Below, one piece after another: positions 27,352 through 39,100 of a stretch of 64,000 bases of DNA. Position 1 is the first letter of the stretch. The number at the start of each line of letters is the position of its first letter. The notes under the pieces were generated by a model. It worked only from the letters and a program-made list of their open reading frames with translations, was not told where the DNA came from and did no database searches. The position numbers and the translations under genes were made by a program. This stretch comes from Diadema antillarum (Eukaryota): assembly GCF_040938485.1 (NCBI RefSeq), contig NW_027271134.1, forward strand, positions 496,001-560,000. The letters run 5' to 3'.

Positions 27352-29039
27352 TAAATGAGTATGTACACTGTATTTGCAACGTACAGTGCTACGCCGCCTC
27401 CACGACGGTTTGCTCTACACAGAGCGAATCAAAGAGTAGCCGTCAATATCAAATATCAGTGGAGATTTGTCATTCAACCAGGATATAAGGATATCGTTCG
27501 ATTTTCAGCAAACTATTGAGCTCAACCTTTCTGCACTCGTTGAAATAATAGGGATATTTACCCATTCTAGAGTACAATATGACACAAAGTTTAATTAAGA
27601 TCTCATGCAAGAGTAAATTAAGGCGAAGAGAATGACAGCGATTTCGGTATCGGACCTAAAAGAAGAAAGTTACGACAGACGTCTTAAAATTTATTTTGTT
27701 TTTAAGGAAACGGTGATAATTCTCAACAACATTCAAATTGGAGGAGGTGGTGATGCATGCCATCTTCTATAATGAAACTTCAATAATATGTTTGTTGTTC
27801 GTCTGATTTTATCCTGTATAGTCATAAAAGTCAAGTTAGTGTGCGATTGGTGTGGGATGTGATTGAACCAGGGAGGCTCACCTCCCTGATTGAACTTTGA
27901 GCTAAATGGACATTTCAAGGTATAAGTTGTACTGGTATTTATAGCTGGTGTCAATCTATAGATGTGTTGAAAGGCACAGTATATAATTATGGGAAGTGAC
28001 TAAAGCGAGTGAATGGTACAGCGCTGAACAAGATGCGTGAGAATGAAATTTTAGCAAAGTTCTTACCAGAAGGCTTTAGGCCTTCTGCAGTGGATGTTCA
28101 GCTAAAGGTGATCATGGAGCAACTTTTGTCAGCGGAACGTCTGTGAGACATGCACAGGTTGAAGTCCTCAGACAAGCATTGCTCAATAAACACTCATGTG
28201 GCAAGGGACACTATGCCAGTGCACTCCAGTGGCAGACAATGCGACGATACCCTGCTTCTCCATAATTCTCGACTGAGAGGATCTGAGAACCACACACACA
28301 CACACATACACACACAAAAGAAAACAAAAGCAAAAATCCCATTTGAATGAAGACTATCATGTATTGACGACTTTATGCAGCAATATGTGTTATTCCTGTG
28401 TAGAATTCAATCCACTGCAATACAACAAATCCAGCTCTATTCATTTATGCATGATACATTATAAATAACATGAAAAACAAGATAACCATGCAAGGAACAT
28501 TTGGCACATAATTGGTAGGCCTACACCAAAGGGAAGGAGTGATTAACAATGATATGACATCAGTAAAGACATGAGCTGTAGCCACATTTAAGATATCAAT
28601 TACTTAAAATTAATGACAAAAACCCTATAACGATATACGGTCTTATATTTCTGTTCATGGGAGAATTTTCAGGACATTTTAAAATCCACGTAACCTTACT
28701 AATACTTAAATCTGTCAGAGTGGGAAGATCATAGAAAGTAAAGAATGAGAGATATGCAAATTTATCCGTCATCGATTAAGATGAATTATAATATAAGATG
28801 TCATTGATTAAGATGAATTATATACAAACACAGTTCCGAACTAACGAGGCTGGAAATGCTCGTCAAAACAAACAAGCATACAATATTATGGCATTGCCAA
28901 AGATTCCAAGCCCTTACAGAGCACTGGTATTTTTTACAAGTAAAAACAAACAAACGCAAACACGAACATTCACACAGACACATTATCTTGCGAGGGGATA
29001 CCGGAAGACATGCACACATGCACAAAACAGAACCAGAAC

Positions 29040-29203
29040 CAGAGGCGGATCCAGGAATTCCGTAAAGGGGAGGCCCCTTTGCGATCAAAGAGAAGCGCAC
29101 GCACACAGCCCCACATTTTTTTCTTTTTATTTCCTTTGTTTATACAAAAAATAAAGAGAGGGCGCGCGCCCGGTGCGCCCCCCCCCCCCTGGATCGGCCA
29201 CTG
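29040..29203. mobile_element. hAT-like MITE (CAG..GGCGGATCCAGG ends), family copy 1
   Basis: CAGAGGCGGATCCAGG ... CCTGGATCGGCCACTG; interior homologous, inverted, to 50285-50392. No clear TSD. Confidence 0.7.
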
Positions 29204-30425
29204 AGAACAAAGGCATGAGTTAGTTTCTGTGATACCTCGCACACGATTTATTGAATGCTCAGTTCTTTACACAGATTAATATAATAATTGTGGTCATTAT
29301 TATCATCCAGAGCTGACTGGTGGGCTTGTATATGGATATACAGGCCCTATGAACTGCCTATAATAGACTGCTCAGCTTGTGACCTGCCTGGCTCCCCTCC
29401 CTCCCCTCCCCCATGGGAAGAATCACCCCGGACGGAATCCCCGGGGAGGTTTATTGTGATTTTATAAATCATTATTCCTATGCCCCATTTTCTTTCTCAT
29501 CCAGAAGTGTGTGTGTGACGGTTTGAGTTCAGTTGCATTATGATGATAATGCGTTGATAACTTAGCATCTGCCAATGTCAGGTAGACTCGGTAATACCTG
29601 ATGATGTAGGCCTACATGAACATCACACAAGGCAAATAGACAATGGGAGTATACTTGTGCCAAGATAGCGCACTGATTGTTCATAAGTGTAGCCCAATTG
29701 TATCTTCTATATTTGAATAGAATAATTGTATCAGAATAGCTTTTTCCACTTATCTGTTTATTCCTATAAAAGATAACTGAAACAAAGTTTGAATTTGTTG
29801 AAAAACACACACACACAAAAAAAACACCACACAACAAAACATCGACTAGAGCATATTCCAGCTGTGATATTTATCACATATTCATCACATAATGGCGATC
29901 TGATTGATATGTCTATTTTTCTATCGCCATTCTGCTGAATTGATGTGATGGTATATTAATATTTGTTTATTTTTGTTTCTTCTGTATATCAGTTTGCTAT
30001 TCAATTCTATTTACACTGTGGATCATTCAGGGCCCCGTGGAAGACCACCACTTATTCGTGCATGGGCTACTAGTACTAGTGTATAGTACTAGTATCAAAC
30101 AGTACCAAAGATGATAGAGCGCCGCCAATGCGTAAACCATGTACATGTACCACATACTATAACAAAGATGATAGCTGTGCACGTGCGGCGCTCTATCAGC
30201 AAAAAGCGTACGATCTTTGATACACGTACAAAATTGTACGTACAGTCCATGATCCACGCAGAGTTCTGTGATCAGTACACGCAGCGCGCGAGCCTGGAGT
30301 CAGAAGAAAGGTCTGAACTGACTGGTGGAAAGAACGTCCGTAGTATTACCTCGCTGTGGAACCTCAAAAACCCGCACCGACCATTCTAAGCATTGTTCAG
30401 GCTGGATTGATAGAGATCTGTCACC

Positions 30426-33163
30426 ATGTTTGCTGATACTCTCCTGATTGTGTTTATATCTGTCTGCACAGCACTGCTTTCAGAAGGTACCATATCCCCA
30501 AGTAATGTACAGTCCCACTCGCCGAAATGTACGTCTTGTTAGCACAGGCATATGACTAACTCAACTGCGGGGCGACCAGCCCGAACGCCCACAGACAGCA
30601 CAGAGCACAGTATACGTTAGTCAGTTGACCGAAAGGTCGGTCTGTATCTGGTCGTCGGGGAAATGTTCCGCGGAGACTGCGTCTGGTTGTTGTTGTTGTT
30701 GTTGTTGTTGGTTGTTGTTGTTATTGTTGCTGCACGAATAAGTAATTTTAGTGGTCTTCCACGGCACGGGGCCCTGAACAACAACAACTGCGTCTGGCTT
30801 CATGGACATGGATCCCCTCCCTGATACAGACCGAAGTCATTGATGCCTGCTCCTGTGTGGAGCGGTCGCGCACAGATCAAACGTTACGATAAACCAAATT
30901 TCAGACAGCTTTTTTACACTCAAACACGTTTGACATGACATGAAACATTATGCAGCAATATTTGGGGCAAATTTCTCACATTGTGCAATCGAAATACTCA
31001 CAGTAACTAAGTTATAATGCAGAAATTTTATCCATATCGCAACATCGCTGTTCGCGTGCTGTTCGCTCGCTGTAAGTCGCCATTTTGAATCTGTTAGCCA
31101 ATCACATGCGAGGTACGTGTTTTAATAAAAAAACACGTAGAAACTACCTCGCATGTGATTGGCTAATGGATTCATATGTTTCTGCAGTTTGAACGTGATG
31201 ACGCGACGGGCTGGTTGATGTGTGTTTTACATTGAAAATTCTACCAAAATGTTGGATTATTCATTAATCTGGTGAGTGTAGTGCATTCTTGAAATGTTGA
31301 TTTTGCTATACAAGCTTAAATTTGCCGACCTAGGGCCGTGAATTAGACGCAATCGAGAAGGGTGAGGTACCTCACCCAATTTTCCATAGAGACACTGGTT
31401 AAGAACATCCACACAGTGATGGGTACTAACAACTTCCATCTGTCTACGGAGGAGAGCGATAACGTCAAAAAAATAAGACTCCTCCGGACAGACGGATCTT
31501 TCTGTCTTAGTACAGTCAGTAGCAGCATGACTGTGTGAAGGAGCGCCCCCGGGTTTAAGGGGTAAAATAAAGGCATGACATGCATAGTGCATTGTGTGGG
31601 GTGTCACGACTACTGTGTAGCTGACTTCTGTACAGTGACAAGGCTGTGTAATAAGTTAGGTGTGGTGTAACTATACACAGCCCTGTCGCTGTACACAAGT
31701 GTATTAAGTCGCGACAGGGCTGTACCGTGTGGACACTACGTAATCTTATAATTCCGGGGCGCCGATTCTATTTTGAATTTACTGCACCATATTTGTTACT
31801 AAGACTACATAAGATGAAAACTTTATCTATGTAGCTACCGTTTTCAGCTATTGATATTGACATACATATTTCACAACTTACCAAAAATGACACCTTTTTA
31901 AATCCTGTACGCCGCAGAAATCGTAGCAATCGCAGAAATGATTCGAAATGTCGGCGCAGCACTGGGCAAACGGGGTGCTGTCGACTGCGTGGGCGCAGTG
32001 TGTGGGCGCAGTGCCGTATATAAAGAGAGTCTGGCCAACTACTAAATTGAACGCCATGTCGTTGCCCAGTGTATTACGCGTTACAGGGTTAGCATGTACG
32101 CTCACACGTAATAATGAAAGCCTACCAAATAAGAGGTAGTGAACAATGGGCACTGCGTATGAGCGCACTTTGGTAACGACATGGCTCCTCAAAGATCACG
32201 GGACCACTTTTGACCAATCACAGGCTTCAAAACTCATAGGCCGAAAAGTGAGTTGGCCAGACTCTCTTTATATACGGCACTGCGCGGGCGTACAAACTCT
32301 ACCTGCTTCAGTATGTCAAGGACACAAACCAATATTTTAATCTTTGATTTTTTTTCTTCCTTCTCTCTCTATTCCACTACCTACATTATACATAGGTCTG
32401 ATGTTTGCAGAAGTTTCTCACTCGATTGAATTCATTATTACGTTTGTTCTAGCTTAAAAGTATACCCACCCACAGGGAGAACTCCACACTCGTGTATCAT
32501 CGACATACTCAATGCCGTCTCTGTTCTATATCAGTACCATGGCATACTATTACTAGTACTCAACGCCGTCCTTTGTTTCTATACCGGTACTTTTCTCTCA
32601 GGCCAGGATTATCAATGGCTCGCGGCAGTGCCTCTTATGTGTGACTCATTTTTCACATCCTTTTTTGTAATCTTGGTAACGGGCTGACCCTATGTCAGAG
32701 AGAGGAGCTCAGCACCCTCCACCCCCCTAGCTGTCTGTTTTCTCTGTTCTGTCCTCGCCCTTTCCGCTATTCTTCTATCATTCCTCCTCTTCCATGATGT
32801 CCCTGCCTACTAGGCTTATAATAATATAACACCTAGGCTGATAAGTCACTAGAGGCGCCTGCCCCCGGGAAAGGCCGAGACTTCACCGGCGTCGGCGGGC
32901 GGGTCCTCTACCTGCTTGGCCGAAGGGAATGGCGTAACCTTGCATTTCGGTGCAGGAGTAGGCAGGCGACATCTTTTCCCAAAACCTGTCCCCTTTTCTT
33001 TCTCTGTAAATATCTCATTTGTAAATATTAAAAATAAATATAATTAGATTTTGTAAATAATTAGAAGTTGTGTAGGTTTTTATAATTGAATTTAAATGAG
33101 TATTTGAATTCAATGTATTTATGGGAGTAAATTGCCCACCCGGCAGAGACCTCCACAAAACTA

Positions 33164-33196
<33 letters not shown>

Positions 33197-36100
33197 CGTA
33201 CAAACTCTAGCAGCGCAGTTTGCATTGTTCAAAGCTGGGAAAGATTTATTTTGAATCGCCCAGCGATGATCCCAGCATTCCGGGTTAAGTTTGGACTTTT
33301 TGCTCAGTGTATGTTGCGTGAGAGCTCACTATGGACTGAAATACCATGCTCATAGGGGTTATAGTCCAAGCATCTCAATAAACATGAGTGATTTGTAAAA
33401 TTTGTGATAAGTATGGAGAAATTTTCAACAGTTTTGTTGTTGTGTGGCCGTGTTTGAGGGGTTTAGTAGATATGTGTATCACACACCGTCAGACGCCGTG
33501 CTAGCGCACGGCGTCTGGTCGGGCTAGGTGTGGGGTAAGTTTAACTGCGAAACACAGCCCGAACGCTTCGCGTTCGGGCTGTGTACTACAGTCGTCGGAC
33601 AGTGTAGGGATGGATATGACTAGTCACGGCAGGGGGTAGTTTCACAGGTAAATTCCAACTTTAAGTACTAGAAATTGCTTCAATTTGAATACGGCACGCA
33701 CATTTGACTTTCTGAACCTGTTTTTATCAATGAATGAAATTGCGCCTGCCACAAATAGGCACCCTGCCACAGACAGGGATAATTTGTATGTATATAGAAC
33801 CTAGACCTAGACTGGTCTACTGTAAAAGTGGATATTTTTTCGCGACTAATTTTTCGTTCTCGGCCGGGTAAGAAGAGTTTCGTGTGTTTTTAATTCTGCG
33901 GACTCAAGACATCGACGACTGGCAATCCAAAATATTAGCGTCCCTTTATTTTCGTGCTAGTTTGGTCGTGTGAAATGCGCAAAAATTTTAACACCAAGAA
34001 AATTTCCACTTTTACAGTATATTATAAGGTACATATTTTTAAATATTCCTATTGCTGCATGCCACACTTAACTGATTATCTCTATTTGCAGCATATAAAT
34101 ACTTGTAGGAACTCTGGAAGATCTTCCACTCTCTCTGAAAGCGTCAGAAGAAGAAATATGATCGCTACATTGTCATGACTTCAACAAACCCAACTCACTC
34201 AACACACAGGACACCCATGTCAGCTTATTATGGTGATTTGCATGGTCAAGACTGACCAGTCAGTGCACAGTCAGCACGTCCATCTTTGCTGCAGGGTACA
34301 TGTACGCCGGTTAGCGGCATAGTGTCTGATTTTGCAGCAGGGAGTAATCTGGTTTACAGTATGAGGCGATAGGTGTTACACACACAATAAGAGGCTAGGT
34401 TAAAACAGCTAGACTAAAAAACTGCCCCTGCCTCAAATAGGCACCCTGCGCTCTCTACCTGAAATAGGTCCTAATCAGTAAATGTAAGGTTTATGGACAT
34501 ACCTAGATCAATTTAAAATGAATATACAGAGACTCCAACCCCAAGCACCTTCTGATCTGGAGATTCTCCCGCCAGAAACCCCTAGCAAACGGGAGACTCC
34601 AACTTGATGTGCGCAAAGCGCACACACGACCGCGAAGTTCCTTGAGGCTGAGGTCCAGGGTCCGCTCAAGGGCCCTGGAAGCTCTTGGGTTCTAGATGCT
34701 CTCTCGTGCTATCTAAGGCTTGTTTTTCAATATACGATGGCACAAAGAAAGAAATCATTTCAAGCGGGAGACATAGAGCCAGGGCGGGAGAAATCAAATC
34801 TCAAGTGGGAGAACGGGAGATTTTGCAAAAATGGGCTTTCGGCGGGAAGTCTCCCGTCGAAAGCGGGAGAGTTGGAGTCTCTAAATATATTGTGTTTGGA
34901 GGTCACTTTGAGTCAGTGTTAGAGAGTAAGAGTAGCCTTCTACTCCCGATCACTGCAAATACGTAAAGGAATGATTACCATACGTTTCTAGGGAATCAGG
35001 GCTGGGAGGTGGCAAACAGGGTAATGATAGGGGGCACATGTTTCGGTTTGCATCAGATGGCGTGATATACATGTATTAGATATCCATTCACCGCACGCAA
35101 GCAATCTGCTGTGCTGTTATAACCTAGTCTCTTATCATGCATACTGCCTATCGCCTCGCGCTGCAAACCAGGACACCCCCCTGCTGCAAAATCAGACACC
35201 CTGCCACTAACCAACATATCCTCCCACCGCAGAGAGATGTGCTTACCGCACTCCAACAGGTCACGCTTAACCAACCAATGAGCTTAGGTATGTATGGGTG
35301 TCCTGTGTGTTGAGTAAGTTGCATTTGTCGAAGTCATACAATTAGTGATTGCCACGAAAGCCTTTTTTTTAATGCTGCAAACAGGGATCAATGGTGTAGT
35401 GCAATTTTCTGTACTGCATGGAGATAGCTGTGATTAATTGCATGAATGTTTTGATTAGATTTCATGCGATTTCTGAACTTACATTGTAATAGTTAACATG
35501 TGTATTTAATCTTATGCTTTTGTAGGTATCACATACATACTGGTGTACAGAACTGACACGTATAAAAAGCTTAAAGCTGAAGTAGAAAAGCAAAGCAAGA
35601 AATGTAAGTATGGTAATTGTAATGGCACATTTCCATTCCCATTCCCATCCTTATTTAATCTGAACTATGCATATTAAAAGAATGCATTTATGTTTACTGT
35701 TTTTTTGTTACTCTTATCACATGTATTTTGTTAATTTACGTTTTTGCAATTATTACAAATTAGTTCTGCATATACATTGTATATAATTTTCTCTGTTTAC
35801 TTGATGGAAATGAAAATAAATTTGAACTTGAACTTGAACTTGACTTTCGGAAGTCTGATACAACTTGTATTGCTAAAATGTAACAGGTAGTGGTTGATTT
35901 TATGTCAGTGGTGTATTCATTCACCACAACTTTTGTCTTGAATAAACCTTTTTGTTTAGGTTTTTCAGTATGAAATTTATTAACTTGTGAATCATGTCAC
36001 AATCTAACTCATTTTGCTTTTGATCTTGTTTTTTTTTTTTGCTTATCTCCAGTGGAAAGAACAAAGGAAGCATTTGGCGAAATGTCAGACAAAAACCAAA

Positions 36101-39100
36101 AGAAAAAACTTGGTAAGTTTATAGTGCCTTATTTCAATATTGAAACTGTTGTAGAAATATGATCCTTTAACAGATCATATCTGCAAGTTGCTGACAATCC
36201 ATGCCAGGAAAAACTCGACTTCAATCATGATTTTGCAGATACATAACACAAAGACTATATCGCATTCTTGCATACATACCCATACATTGTGAATAAATAT
36301 GACTAAGCTTGGATAGGAGAGGCACTTGCAGTATCGATATGGTTTGGTGTGAGTCACATGCTTAGGTCAAGAGTCATTAAAGGTAACAGAGTATCTCAAA
36401 GACTTGTGATATGTACAGTAACATGGCAACAGTTTGTTCAATTGTGAGTAAACTTTGGTTAGAGATATACTACACCATAAATGTTTGATATTCAATACTT
36501 TTGTGTTCTTATCATCATTGATGTGCTTTTCTCATACCTCAAAGAACGCCAAGAAGAACGTCTGAAAACCAACAGCAGGGATCTGTCTATGGTGAAGATG
36601 AAGTCCATGTTTGTCATTGCGTTCACCTTCACATCTCTAATGAGCATGTTCAACTCAATGTGAGTATTCAGAGTAAAGGATTGATCTGCACCTTACAGTA
36701 GCAATTAATAACAACAGGGACAGACAGACCAGAAATTTCTTTCGACAAGTCCTGTCTTAAAATTGGAAGTAATTGTACTTAAACCTGGAGTCAAAGACCC
36801 GTTTACAGTGAGTGAAAGGGCTGGGCTTGGCTGCAGCTGAGCCCGGCCTTCATTTCACTGTAAATGCGCAAAAGGCCAAACGCGGTACCAAAATTGGCCA
36901 CGCATTTGGCTATTAAGCTCTGAGGTTCTCACTGTAAACGCAAACTGGGCCAAATGCGGTACCAAATTGCGACCGGCATGCTCCCAATAATAGTTGTATG
37001 TTTAGAAGCAGAGCGCCACTATGACAAAATATTGAAAGGTTTGAATTAAAAGCCCGGGCCGAGCCTGGCACTGTAAACGGACTAAATTGCAGGGCCAAGT
37101 ATCACAATTGAGGCTGGGCTCAGGCTCAGGCTCGGCCCAGCCCTGCACTGTAAACGGGGTCAAAGAAGATGTCAGTGCCCATTTTGCATACCACCAATGT
37201 GCAGTAAAATATATGGAACCTCTAACAATTATATTTTGTATTTGGCCCTAGTTCCATTTTGTGTGTGGTACAGTGGACTCCCATTATAACAACATCCTTG
37301 GGACCGGCAGTTTTCTTTCGTTATATCAAAATTTCGTAACAATCGAACAAATAAACAAGTAAAGAAACACAGAGCTGATAATCTTTATTTCATTGTATAT
37401 GTAATTGGAATTTCGTTATAAACCATGTTCGTTATAACGAGAGTGCATTGTATTCAAATTAAGTGGGGGAATTCATCAACCTGCGCTGTATGTGTGATGC
37501 CAATAGTCTTGACCTTTCATTCAGGTAACTGTTAACCAAGTGATAAACATTCTTTATTTGTATTAAACTTTGTATGTTATGCTACTCAGCAGTTCATAAT
37601 GGTGTGAAGCTTTACAAGCCCCAAATTATATAATTTCTGAAAGGATGTTTTACGATTTGTTATGCTTTTCCATAGTGTACTAAGATATGCCACACAAAAT
37701 GTACATACAAGATTAATGCTACCTCAATACTCACAGAAATTTAAGCTCATATCACAATATGACATACAAAATACATGTGTCCCAGTACACTGATGTACCA
37801 CATGGTTACCTGTACTTTATCAAATGTAGAATAAGGAAGAAGGAAAAGATGTAGAAGAAAAAGAAGAGGAAGGAAAGATATTATACATGTACATGTATGT
37901 AGTGCAAATTCACAGTGTTATGTAATGAGGATGTTTCTCATATATGGAGCTTTGTAGGTCCTGTGTGCAATAGTTGACAGTACTGTACACACATACACTG
38001 TATGTATTGACTGACAAGAATGCTGCTGGTATGCATTTTGTTGTACTGGGAACACAGTTGAGGGTTAGAAAATCTTGGCAGTGTGCCATTGTGGGGTCTT
38101 GTATTATGACTGTGCTGAATATGAAGTAACCATATTTGTTTCTGTTTATTTGATTCTTGGATTGAGAACTTCTAATGCCTCTACTCCAAGGTGTGCTAGA
38201 GGTATTAATTTTTTGGTTGACTGTCCTTCATCCATCCTCAGATATTGTATGCATGATTCAACAACAATTTGATTTATTTTCGTAATGCATGGCCCAGGTA
38301 TACTACATGAGGTGTAGCATGCACTGATTAGATTTTTGAGATGTAAAGGACAGAAATAGATCTATAGACAGTTGTATGCGTGAAGATGATATTAGTGGCT
38401 GATTAATGGTTAAGGTCGATGTTAAATTTACTTTAAAAAAAACCAAACAAACAAAGGTCATTTCCACTCATTACTTCAGCCGTGAAAGTCAGGTGAGGGT
38501 GTAAGTTTGTGTAAAGGGTAGCAATAAATTGGCAGTTATTTTAATGAACATGATAGTGACAGATGAAAAGTCACTGCTTTGGCTAAAATTTTAGTTTTCT
38601 GTCATAACTTCAGATATTAGTTTTCATTTGTAACATTATTTGCTAAGAATAAAAACAAATCAATAATCTGTTGCTTGAAATAACAGGGATGAAAGGCCAA
38701 GGTCAAAGGTCACCAGAATTAAGCTAAAATGTCATTTTGGTCATAAATTCCACCAGGTGCAGGTCAGATATTATTTTATTATTGATATTTGGTCTAGTAT
38801 GGACAAGAATACATTGGAAAATATTATGTCCTCTGTGCAGAGAGGGTTATACAAGGCAATCCTTAGTGCTCAAGAATAATGAGCGTAACCTATTATTAAA
38901 TGAATTGTCATTTCTTACTGTATGGCATGGATATTGATTGCATGAGAAGCAGAGGCATCCCAATCAACAGAGCATAACAGTCAGTTGCTCTGCTCCTCTC
39001 ATGTTTTGCATTTTACCCCGTCCTCAAAGCTGTTGAGACAACAGATGAAACTACATTGTATTGCTTTTTGACAACTCCAGATGTGTGTTTTACAATGAGC

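Noticed and set aside
30111-30389. 92-aa + strand ORF just upstream of TMCO1
   Set aside because: Starts at an alternative codon, ends before the TMCO1 ATG and has no homology I recognise; more likely promoter or 5'UTR.
30621-30809. Poly-Asn/Gln ORF on minus strand
   Set aside because: It is the (CAA)n tail of the small retro-insertion.
32867-32881. GGGAAAGGCCGAGAC resembling RNase P/MRP CR-I
   Set aside because: No CR-V (ACnnRAnnnnGnnUA-type) motif, the module is too short, and it lies inside a TSD-flanked LINE fragment.
32838-32925. Hammerhead ribozyme reading (CTGATAAG ... GAAA + stem)
   Set aside because: The core is CUGAUAA rather than CUGANGA, stem II does not form, and there is no UH cleavage triplet after the stem.
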